From NCBI GenBank assembly GCA_041650915.1, contig JBAZKE010000002.1, positions 80,638-144,637 on the forward strand: DNA of 64,000 nucleotides, read 5' to 3'. The stretch comes from Patescibacteria group bacterium (lineage in GTDB: Bacteria > Patescibacteriota > Patescibacteriia > UBA10025 > JAHIVO01). Below, piece by piece: positions 1-7,080 of the stretch; positions within the stretch are counted from its first letter, which is position 1, and every line of letters begins with the position of its first letter. Made by a program: the position numbers and the translations under genes. The notes under the pieces were generated by a model that saw only the letters and a program-made list of their open reading frames with translations, made no database searches and was not told the origin of the DNA.

Positions 1-1
1 C

Positions 2-166
2 GCCTCAGCTGGGCTCAGCCCACATGTGTCCCCGCAGTCCCTCCGAGATGCCCATACGGCAGAGCTTCTCGCACGGGGCGCCGATATCAGCATGATTCAG
101 GCGCAGCTCGGATTCACATCGCGGGAAGTCGCACAGCAGTACGCGAAACGGATCCGATACGGTTGA
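2..166 (+). CDS. Tyrosine recombinase (integrase) C-terminal fragment, truncated by the window edge
   Basis: Frame 2 reads ...LRDAHTAELLARGADISMIQAQLGFTSREVAQQYAKRIRYG*, stop TGA at 164-166. The pattern R..H..(LL.GAD...IQ.LG..S...Q.Y) matches the RHR...Y catalytic C-terminus of XerC/XerD/phage integrases, including the terminal Tyr. Confidence 0.4.
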   Translation, partial: ASAGLSPHVSPQSLRDAHTAELLARGADISMIQAQLGFTSREVAQQYAKRIRYG

Positions 167-217
167 CGGAGCATGGATTTTTTGGTACAGTCCCGTTGTT
201 TTAAACAATGAGGGTAA

Positions 218-721
218 ATGAACGTGGCAAAAAACAACAGAGGTAAAAATAAAATCGTGATGTGCGACGACATATTCGGGAATCTGTACCGCATCCCCGC
301 ACGAAAGCTGCAATTCAGGCCATCTGTCTATGGCATCATTGTAGAGCGCGGCAAGGTACTGCTCTCAAAAATTTTCGGCGGGTACGACCTGCCGGGCGGG
401 GCGATTGAGCTCCATGAAACGATTGAGCAGGCGCTCATACGCGAAATCTGGGAAGAAACGGGCTTCAAGGTAAAACCCCAACAGCTGCTCTCATCAAATT
501 CGAATTTCTTCGTGCTCGTAACAACGAAACAGCCGGTCAACAGCATCCAGCTCTACTACCGGTGCAAAAAACTATCGGGCAGGCTGTCAACAAAAAATTT
601 CGATCACTACGAGAAAAAATACGCCGGCATGGCAGAGTGGGTAGACATCAACAAAATGGGTGGACTCAAGTACTACAGTTCAATTAATATCCCGGCGTTA
701 ATCAAACAGTCTGTACAATAA
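218..721 (+). CDS. Nudix hydrolase
   Basis: Nudix box GGYDLPGGAIELHETIEQALIREIWEETGF (GX5EX7REUXEEXGU); 167 aa. Confidence 0.75.
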   Translation: MNVAKNNRGKNKIVMCDDIFGNLYRIPARKLQFRPSVYGIIVERGKVLLSKIFGGYDLPGGAIELHETIEQALIREIWEETGFKVKPQQLLSSNSNFFVLVTTKQPVNSIQLYYRCKKLSGRLSTKNFDHYEKKYAGMAEWVDINKMGGLKYYSSINIPALIKQSVQ

Positions 722-816
722 ATTATCGCTCGGCGGAAGATGTCCCGGACCCGACCGATACGTTATGCAAAAAGGTAACTTGGGGGAACAATAATTAATG
801 TTTTCCCCATACGCAT

Positions 817-888
817 GCCTCCGTAGCTCAACGGATAGAGCGCCAGCCTTCTAAGCTGGACATAGAGGTTCGATTCCTCTCGGGGGCA
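817..888 (+). tRNA. tRNA-Arg (anticodon TCT)
   Basis: Manual cloverleaf: acceptor GCCTCCG/CGGGGGC with one G-U, D arm GCTC..GAGC, anticodon stem CCAGC/GCTGG, loop CTTCTAA, T arm AGAGG-TTCGATT-CCTCT, discriminator A. Confidence 0.85.
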
Positions 889-914
889 CGAGAATCATTA
901 TTGACTAAAAACGT

Positions 915-1253
915 ATGGCATGTTTTACAGCACCGGCAGCGGCGGCAATAGCGATTGCCGGCATTAAAAAAAAGATCCCCCCGAAATACCATATCGAATG
1001 GCTCACCACCATGCTCTGGGGCGGCGTCGTGATGCTCGCGGTCGAACACGTAACTCATGGCGAGGTCGTTTGGTATCCGCCATTCCTGACGGCAATGGAA
1101 AATCCGGCTGATATACCTGTTATGCTTAAAGAAATCGCAACAGTCGGCGGTGCCATGACCATTGCAATCGTTGTAGCATGGGCAGTTATGGCAGTAGTAG
1201 CAAATAATATGGCGAAAAAACGAGAAACAAGGACTCATACAATAACAGCATAA
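915..1253 (+). CDS. Small membrane protein (paralog 1 of a tandem pair)
   Basis: 112 aa with two hydrophobic segments. Shares the motif LWGGVVMLAVEHVTHGE with LWGATIMIAVDHIMGYE in the next ORF. Confidence 0.5.
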   Translation: MACFTAPAAAAIAIAGIKKKIPPKYHIEWLTTMLWGGVVMLAVEHVTHGEVVWYPPFLTAMENPADIPVMLKEIATVGGAMTIAIVVAWAVMAVVANNMAKKRETRTHTITA

Positions 1254-1259
1254 AAACAT

Positions 1260-1556
1260 ATGTGGTTACTAACGACTGGCACCGCCGCGCTCATCGCTAC
1301 CCTCTTGTGCCGCACGCTGAAAAACAAATATAGATTGGGGCTGTTAAGCTTGATGCTGTGGGGAGCAACGATTATGATCGCAGTTGACCATATCATGGGA
1401 TACGAGGGCGGCCAATTTCTGGAGATTACAACGGACGGGATGGTCACCAGCGGTACGTGGCTCGGGATAATAATGTTAGTTCCGGTATTCCTCATCTGGC
1501 TCGTTGCGATTATTGTACCGAGGCTGAAACATACGCAAACAGCGCACAACCAATAA
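1260..1556 (+). CDS. Small membrane protein (paralog 2)
   Basis: 98 aa, hydrophobic, paralogous to 915..1253. Confidence 0.5.
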   Translation: MWLLTTGTAALIATLLCRTLKNKYRLGLLSLMLWGATIMIAVDHIMGYEGGQFLEITTDGMVTSGTWLGIIMLVPVFLIWLVAIIVPRLKHTQTAHNQ

Positions 1557-1760
1557 CCGAAGCCTGTTCGATGGACATATCATGGCGGAATGTAAAGCTG
1601 CCCTGATTAACAATGCATACGCCCGGCCACACGGCGAGACGGGCCTGAATTAATAAAATAAAACGTTCATAGCAAACTCACGGCCAGGCGGCAAGGCGGA
1701 CCGTAATGCCGGGAACTCTTGAAAAATAATCCTCCTTTGTCTATACTTCAAACCACTTAC

Positions 1761-1781
1761 GCGCGCATAGCTCAGCCGGTA
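1761..1781 (+). repeat. 21-nt exact duplicate of the tRNA-Lys 5' end (GCGCGCATAGCTCAGCCGGTA)
   Basis: Identical to 2109..2129, the acceptor and D arm of tRNA-Lys, lying 348 bp upstream. Brackets the GIY-YIG ORF. Confidence 0.8.
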
Positions 1782-1851
1782 TCCCTTGTCCCGCAAAGCG
1801 GGACCGGGACCCCGGCCCAAAGGGCCAGGGGGAGCAATTACACACAGGTAC

Positions 1852-2118
1852 ATGCACTACCTATACATACTACACAGTAAAAAAGATGCAAACTTGTATG
1901 TTGGGACAACAAACAATGCCGAAAGAAGGCTTGCTGAGCATAATGCCGGGCAAGTAGCGTCAACAAAAAACCGCAGGCCTCTGGCAATCGTATATTTGAA
2001 ACCGTACCCAACAAAACGGGAAGCCGCTAAACAGGAATGGTTGATAAAACATACCCCCGGCGCCGGAAAAAATAAAAAAGACCTCATTAAACAGTATCAA
2101 CAAACCAAGCGCGCATAG
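1852..2118 (+). CDS. GIY-YIG nuclease family protein (UPF0213/YhbQ-like)
   Basis: HYLYILHSKKDANLYVGTTNNAERRLAEHNAG...RRPLAIVY...REAAKQEWLIK has the GIY-(10)-YIG core plus the conserved Arg and Glu. The stop codon overlaps the first 10 nt of tRNA-Lys. The upstream TTG-initiated extension lies in a GC-rich hairpin and is unlikely to be coding. Confidence 0.65.
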   Translation: MHYLYILHSKKDANLYVGTTNNAERRLAEHNAGQVASTKNRRPLAIVYLKPYPTKREAAKQEWLIKHTPGAGKNKKDLIKQYQQTKRA

Positions 2119-2181
2119 CTCAGCCGGTAGAGCAGTTGCCTCTTAAGCAAACGGTCGGGGGTTCGAATCCCTCTGCGCGCA
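2109..2181 (+). tRNA. tRNA-Lys (anticodon CTT)
   Basis: Acceptor GCGCGCA/TGCGCGC, D arm GCTC-AGCCGGTA-GAGC, anticodon loop CTCTTAA, T arm GGGGG-TTCGAAT-CCCTC, discriminator A. Confidence 0.85.
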
Positions 2182-2227
2182 TAGCAAAAGCACTCAGCAA
2201 AAACGAGCTGGGTGTTTTTGATTACCC
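2165..2227 (+). repeat. Direct repeat A: last 17 nt of tRNA-Lys plus 46 nt of 3' flank
   Basis: gaatccctctgcgcgcatagcaaaagcactcagcaaaaacgagctgggtgtttttgattaccc; repeated at 2328..2389. Confidence 0.8.
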
Positions 2228-2327
2228 GCAGACGTACTGCAAGCCGGGATTCGAACGGGCACGAACGAGGCGCAGCCGAGTGACAAACAATTCGAGCTTA
2301 CGCAGAATTGTTTGGTGCCCAGGACGA
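2228..2327 (+). repeat. tRNA-linked structured element, copy 1 (divergent member; 100-nt core between 62/63-nt direct repeats)
   Basis: Core starts GGGATTCGAACGGGCAC and ends GTGCCCAGGACGAGAATCCCTC. Closing helix GGGCAC/GTGCCC. Internal 11-bp hairpin ACAAACAATTC-GAGCTTACGCA-GAATTGTTTG. Same 5' and 3' signature as the elements at 11.8 kb and 37.7-38.0 kb. Confidence 0.55.
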
Positions 2328-2389
2328 GAATCCCTCTGCGCGCATAGCAAAAGCACTCAGCAAAAACGAGCTGGGTGTTTTGATTACCC
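2328..2389 (+). repeat. Direct repeat B (copy of tRNA-Lys 3' end plus flank)
   Basis: 62-nt copy of 2165..2227, differing by one T fewer. Confidence 0.8.
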
Positions 2390-2399
2390 ACTGGCAACA

Positions 2400-3215
2400 C
2401 TACACTGGCCGCAGCGTACTGGCCCACACCTGCCACGCGAGAAGCGACTTTGCGACGAGGCTCAAGATAATATACGCACGCTCGCCGTACAGGTAGTCGC
2501 GCCACTTGCCAACCTTCTTATACTGCAAGATCATGTTGACTGCGAAGGAATTGAAGAACAGGAAGATTGAGAAGTAAATCCAATACACGAACGCCGGCGC
2601 CTTTGCGTCGCCTTCCCCGGCCGTAAACAGGTAAAGCCCGACAACGATCCATGGCACAGCTCCCGCGAGCACGCCAAACCAGTATGAAGTCCAGTCGGTC
2701 TTTTCGGTCCGCTGGTTATGCAGCTCCATCATCCAGCCAAACAGGATCATCATCATATTCAAGAAAAAAATCATAACCAGCCCGAGGCCGTCGTAGAGGC
2801 CGGTGAGCATGGCGATAATCACAATCATGAGCGACGAGCTGAATGCGTACTCAATCCAGCGCGCAGGGTTGATTCCTCTTCTTAGGTTTGATGCGTACTT
2901 CCGGTAGCCTGCGGGCAGCGAAATGAGGAGATGGGCGAGCGCTGACAAAAACAGAAATGCCGCTACCATCGGGCCGAGCTGTACCGTAAATTCAGTCTTG
3001 AGCACCGGCTCTAACTTCAGAGATTGCCGATTCATTTCCACGAATGCGGAGGTAATCGGCAACGCGAAATCAGAGCTCAAAAAGAGCATCAGGAATCCCT
3101 GCACCGCATGCAGTGCAGCCATAATAATGTTGAACCGCCTGAGCTTACCGAATTTTGCTTCGTCTTGCTGCGGAATTGCATCCGCTGTCTGTTCATTTTC
3201 CATAGTGCTACGCAC
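2400..3215 (-). CDS. Heliorhodopsin
   Basis: Matches heliorhodopsin signature blocks across 7 TM helices: RWIEYAFSSSLMIVIIA, ILFGWMME, WFGVLAGAVPW, SIFLFFNSFA, LQYKKVGKW, YLYGERAYIILSLVAKSLLAWQ, the last containing the retinal Schiff-base Lys. 271 aa. Confidence 0.85.
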   Translation of the reverse strand: MRSTMENEQTADAIPQQDEAKFGKLRRFNIIMAALHAVQGFLMLFLSSDFALPITSAFVEMNRQSLKLEPVLKTEFTVQLGPMVAAFLFLSALAHLLISLPAGYRKYASNLRRGINPARWIEYAFSSSLMIVIIAMLTGLYDGLGLVMIFFLNMMMILFGWMMELHNQRTEKTDWTSYWFGVLAGAVPWIVVGLYLFTAGEGDAKAPAFVYWIYFSIFLFFNSFAVNMILQYKKVGKWRDYLYGERAYIILSLVAKSLLAWQVWASTLRPV

Positions 3216-3487
3216 AATAATGTTACATTCTAACTATATAGTTAACCGCGCTATAAAACAAGATCACTGGTTGGGTATTAAAATTCGTATCAGGTCCGAA
3301 ACCATCGTAACAAATAATCATCACACTCGTACGCTCCATCAACATTTGCCCATTGGACTGAATCCGTCTTCATGAAGAGTAGCCTTGAGGCTAACGGTAC
3401 CGGCATTTGAATATTTGTGCAAATCGTGCATTGTGATTACTCTCTAAAGTAGAGTATACTGACAGAGCTAATCTCTGCCGCTTTACT

Positions 3488-4618
3488 ATGAAAAAATGTA
3501 CCGTCATTGCACTCTCCGTGGTTCTCTTCCTGGCGCTTATCCCGGCGGTTGCCGCCGGGCAGCAGGATGACGAAATTTTTAAAGCCCGCGTGCTCGACAT
3601 TCTTGAAGAAAAAACGATAACGGATGAAATGGGTGAGTCGATCACGCTCCAGCGCCTTAAGCTGCGCGGGCTTGAGGGAACGTGGAAAGGCATGGAAATC
3701 GAATTTGACGGCACCGAGTACGAGGTCATGAGCGCCAATGAGTATGAGGCGGGTGACAAGGTCATGGTCGCGGCTTCCCGTGATGCGGAAGGCAACGACG
3801 TCTTCTACGTCACTGACCACGTGCGGCAGGGATCACTCTACTGGCTCGCGGCCATCTTTGCTACCGTCGTCGTGGCCATCGGCAGGCTCAAGGGAATGCG
3901 CGCGATCGCCGTGCTGGTTGCGTCATTTTTTATCATTTTAAAATTTATCATCCCGCTCATCCTGGACGGGAAGAGCCCGCTGCTCATCAGCATTATCGGA
4001 TCCGTCTTCATTCTCGTTATTGCCATCTACATCACCGAAGGATTCAAGCGCAGCTCAACGGTTGCCATCGGTGCCATTACGGTTTCGCTCCTCATTACCG
4101 GCTTCCTTTCCGTGTGGTTTACGAAGCTCGCGAGGCTCACCGGATACGCGAACGACGATGTATTTTTCCTCAAGAGCTCACTCGGCAGCGGCATCAATGT
4201 TGAGGGCCTGCTGCTCGCCGGCATTATTATCGGCGCGCTTGGCGTGCTCGATGACGTCGTCGTCGCGCAGATTGAAACGGTCAACCAGCTCACCGGGGCG
4301 AATCCCTCACTGAAAAAACGCGAGCTGTACGCGCGCGCCATGAAGGTCGGCGTGACCCACATGAGCGCGATGGTTAATACGCTTTTCCTCGCATACGCAG
4401 GCGCTTCACTGCCGCTCCTCATCCTCTTCAGCAACCGGCTCGAGGTGACATTCTCACAGGCGCTCAATAATGAGCTTATTGCAACAGAAATCGTACGTAC
4501 GGTCGCAGGAAGCATCGGCCTGATCCTCGCGGTGCCGCTCGCAACGCTGCTCGCGGTCCACTTCATTCGATCCAAAAAAATGAAGGTAAAAACCGCACCA
4601 GAGATCGCCTCCCAATAA
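3488..4618 (+). CDS. YibE/F-like integral membrane protein
   Basis: Signal/anchor followed by a ~110-aa extracytoplasmic domain and six or more TM helices. Overall YibE/F-like architecture; family assignment is tentative. Confidence 0.5.
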   Translation: MKKCTVIALSVVLFLALIPAVAAGQQDDEIFKARVLDILEEKTITDEMGESITLQRLKLRGLEGTWKGMEIEFDGTEYEVMSANEYEAGDKVMVAASRDAEGNDVFYVTDHVRQGSLYWLAAIFATVVVAIGRLKGMRAIAVLVASFFIILKFIIPLILDGKSPLLISIIGSVFILVIAIYITEGFKRSSTVAIGAITVSLLITGFLSVWFTKLARLTGYANDDVFFLKSSLGSGINVEGLLLAGIIIGALGVLDDVVVAQIETVNQLTGANPSLKKRELYARAMKVGVTHMSAMVNTLFLAYAGASLPLLILFSNRLEVTFSQALNNELIATEIVRTVAGSIGLILAVPLATLLAVHFIRSKKMKVKTAPEIASQ

Positions 4619-4620
4619 AC

Positions 4621-4641
4621 AATTGCAAATCATTTGCAATT
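4621..4641. promoter_or_regulatory. Perfect 10-1-10 palindrome AATTGCAAAT-C-ATTTGCAATT; candidate Zur/Fur operator
   Basis: 21-bp perfect inverted repeat lying 32 bp upstream of the Fur-family gene start at 4674 and heading the zur-zupT pair. Confidence 0.5.
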
Positions 4642-4673
4642 AAAAATTCATCGTGCTACCATGGTTACAACCT

Positions 4674-5051
4674 ATGGATTTTGTACGTGCGCTGCAAAAA
4701 GCAGGCTATAAATGCACCAAACCGCGCTTGGCGCTGCTGTCGCATTTTAAAAACAGTGCGTCCCCGCAAACCCCCCAGCAGATCCACCGTTCGGTCAAGC
4801 GGCAGGGAATTGATCTCACGACCGTTTACCGCACACTCGAGGTATTCAGAAAAGTGGGCATCGTATTCCGTGAAGAAATGATGAGCGAATCCCGATTCTT
4901 TTTGGCGGAAAAAGAACACCACCATATCATCTGCCGCACGTGCGGCACCATCAGGTGCCTCCCGTGCAATGTAAAGCTGCCGAAACCGAAAGGATTCTCA
5001 AAAATCAAGCACGCATTTACCCTGACCGGCATCTGCAGCGACTGCACATAA
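4674..5051 (+). CDS. zur: Fur-family metalloregulator, likely Zur
   Basis: MDFVRALQKAGYKCTKPRLALLSHF...TVYRTLEVFRKVGIV...HHHIIC..CG..CLPC: winged-helix DNA-binding region plus metal-site His and Cys. Sits directly upstream of a ZIP zinc transporter. Confidence 0.7.
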   Translation: MDFVRALQKAGYKCTKPRLALLSHFKNSASPQTPQQIHRSVKRQGIDLTTVYRTLEVFRKVGIVFREEMMSESRFFLAEKEHHHIICRTCGTIRCLPCNVKLPKPKGFSKIKHAFTLTGICSDCT

Positions 5052-5061
5052 CTAAAACAAT

Positions 5062-5811
5062 ATGACCACAACATGGCTCTACACCATCGGCAGCGTTCTC
5101 ATCGTCAGCCTCATATCGCTGATCGGATTGTTTACGCTCGCGATGAATCTCGACCGGCTGAAAAAAATACTCCTCCTACTCGTCAGCTTTGCGGCCGGTT
5201 CGCTGCTTGGGGGCGCATTCCTGCACCTCCTGCCGCACAGCATTGAGGAATCGGGTAACGTCGAGCTCACCGCCCTAATGATTCTCGCCGGTATCATACT
5301 TTTCCTCGTGCTCGAAAAAATACTCTGCTGGCGCCACTGCCACATACCAACATCAGAAGAGCACCCCCACCCGGTCGGCATCAACAACCTCATCGGCGAC
5401 GGCTTCCATAACCTCATCGATGGCATGATCATTGCTGGGTCCTATATGGTCAGCGTGCCGGTCGGCATCGCAACAACGATTGCGGTGCTGCTCCACGAAA
5501 TACCGCAGGAAATCGGCGACTTCGGCATCCTCATCCACGCCGGATACTCAAAAGCGAAAGCAATCTTCTTTAATTTCATTTCAGCGCTCACCGCCGTACT
5601 CGGCGCAGCCATGACTCTCCTCATCGGGACGTCAGTAGAGGAAACGCACCACTACCTGGTGCCCTTTACGATTGGCGGCTTCATTTATATCGCGACAGCA
5701 GACCTCATACCCGAGCTTAAAAAAGAAACAAACCTGAAAAAATCGATCACGCAGGTCATTGCACTCCTCTTCGGCATCAGCATCATGGGGCTGCTGCTCT
5801 TGCTCGAGTAG
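5062..5811 (+). CDS. zupT: ZIP-family zinc transporter (ZupT-like)
   Basis: HNLIDGM and HEIPQEIGDFGIL metal-binding motifs of the ZIP family; 8 TM; 249 aa. Confidence 0.8.
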   Translation: MTTTWLYTIGSVLIVSLISLIGLFTLAMNLDRLKKILLLLVSFAAGSLLGGAFLHLLPHSIEESGNVELTALMILAGIILFLVLEKILCWRHCHIPTSEEHPHPVGINNLIGDGFHNLIDGMIIAGSYMVSVPVGIATTIAVLLHEIPQEIGDFGILIHAGYSKAKAIFFNFISALTAVLGAAMTLLIGTSVEETHHYLVPFTIGGFIYIATADLIPELKKETNLKKSITQVIALLFGISIMGLLLLLE

Positions 5812-5836
5812 CACGCACGGTATACTATGAAAGCAT

Positions 5837-6214
5837 ATGAAACTGCAAGCCCACTTCATCTATACCTTCGTAGCGGGAGTCATTATCCTTATTGCGGTGT
5901 TAATGACGGCCGCTGCACTCTACTACCAGTACTGCCAGGATGACGCGCAGGGTTCGGTAGCCGTCATTTCCTCTTTCGAGGACTGCGCCGCCGCAGGAAA
6001 TCCCGTCATGGAAAGCTACCCGCGCCAGTGCGTGGCCGGTGGCAGAACATTTACCGAATCACCGGCAAATGCCAACCAGCTGCTCGGCGGCGATGAGGAC
6101 GAGCACGGATGCAAAGCATCGGCCGGGTATTCATGGTGCGAAGAAAAACAAAAATGCCTTCGGACATGGGAAGAAGCCTGCGAATCGGCTACGGATGCCG
6201 CCACTGGCGATTAG
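5837..6214 (+). CDS. Membrane-anchored Cys-rich hypothetical protein
   Basis: N-terminal TM anchor followed by an acidic, Cys-rich extracytoplasmic domain. Confidence 0.45.
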   Translation: MKLQAHFIYTFVAGVIILIAVLMTAAALYYQYCQDDAQGSVAVISSFEDCAAAGNPVMESYPRQCVAGGRTFTESPANANQLLGGDEDEHGCKASAGYSWCEEKQKCLRTWEEACESATDAATGD

Positions 6215-6254
6215 TGCGGCTCTTGCCCTGCAAATTGCATAACGACCATTCTCT

Positions 6255-6704
6255 ATGAAAAAAATGCGCATCGGCACGTTCGCACTCCCGCTCCTCGCGG
6301 TTCTTTTAATTGCAGCTCCGGCAGCGGGGCAAGTACACATCAACTCCGAACTTGGCATGACGTTCGGCCCGCCGCCTGAAGCTGATCTTGAATCAACCGT
6401 CATCAACATCGTACAGTGGCTGCTCTTCCTCATACTCATTGTTTCTTTCTTACTGCTCGCACTCGGCATTACGATGACCGCGTTAAAAACTCATGCAATG
6501 AAAAAAATGAGGGAGCGGCACGCGCTGCAGTATGGCATCAACGCTCCCTGGCAGGCTTCGGAACAGGAACAGTACCACGCATTCAGGCGAAGCAGAACGA
6601 TCTTCATCATCATCCTCTGCGCAGGCGGCGCGGGCATTGTGCTGTCGCTCATCGCATGGACAATTACAATTTTTGTCGTTTCCCAAACTGCTGTGGTATA
6701 CTAA
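6255..6704 (+). CDS. Secreted/membrane hypothetical protein (signal peptide plus two TM; VirB2/TrbC-pilin-like topology)
   Basis: MKKMRIGTFALPLLAVLLIAAPAAGQ signal peptide, then two long hydrophobic helices. Confidence 0.45.
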   Translation: MKKMRIGTFALPLLAVLLIAAPAAGQVHINSELGMTFGPPPEADLESTVINIVQWLLFLILIVSFLLLALGITMTALKTHAMKKMRERHALQYGINAPWQASEQEQYHAFRRSRTIFIIILCAGGAGIVLSLIAWTITIFVVSQTAVVY

Positions 6705-6920
6705 ATGCTGCTGCAGAAATTAATAGCAATACGTATGGATCAACAATCTGACAATACGCATAAGAATGGCCCCTGGCCGATTCTCATCACGATACTCTTC
6801 GTCATTATCGTCGCGGTTGGGATGGCATACGTCATCTTAACGACCGACAGCAACGAGAACAGTACGACGAATGCGGCGAATGCCCCGTTAAACGGGAATA
6901 CTGCCCCGACAAACACCTAG
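6705..6920 (+). CDS. Small single-TM protein
   Basis: 71 aa, one TM, Asn/Thr-rich tail. Start codon uncertain. Confidence 0.3.
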   Translation: MLLQKLIAIRMDQQSDNTHKNGPWPILITILFVIIVAVGMAYVILTTDSNENSTTNAANAPLNGNTAPTNT

Positions 6921-7034
6921 CGCGCCAGAATGCCTGTTCGGGCGCAAACTTCCCGTCGTGGCCCATCTTTCAGTCACTGGCTGGCAATACCAAAACCCTG
7001 TAGCAATCCTGGAGGGGGAATTTGTATTAAAAAA

Positions 7035-7067
7035 GAGCCACCGGTCTGGAACAACCAGTGGCTCTGC
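7035..7067. terminator. Bidirectional intrinsic terminator hairpin
   Basis: AGAGCCACtGG-tctggaacaa-CCaGTGGCTCT with a T-run on the minus strand (aaaaaag on plus). Lies between the convergent genes 6705..6920 (+) and 7081..8706 (-). Confidence 0.5.
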
Positions 7068-7080
7068 ACATGACTGAAGC

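Noticed and set aside
1557-1760. 200-nt gap before the tRNA-Lys 5' duplicate, containing short GC-rich inverted repeats (GGCC..GGGCC)
   Set aside because: The stems are short and imperfect, and there is no similarity to the conserved repeat scaffold. Insufficient evidence for an RNA or regulatory element.
2228-2327. Possible minus-strand tRNA or tRNA pseudogene inside the repeat core (GGGATTCGAACGGGC resembles a reverse-complemented T-loop)
   Set aside because: No acceptor, anticodon or T stems can be paired on either strand. The motif is instead conserved as the 5' signature of the structured repeat family.
2136-2570. 144-aa ORF starting inside tRNA-Lys and spanning the direct repeats
   Set aside because: Overlaps a tRNA and the duplicated att-like repeats. 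It translates the repeat twice (SARIAKALSKNELGV duplicated), an artefact of the repeat rather than a gene.
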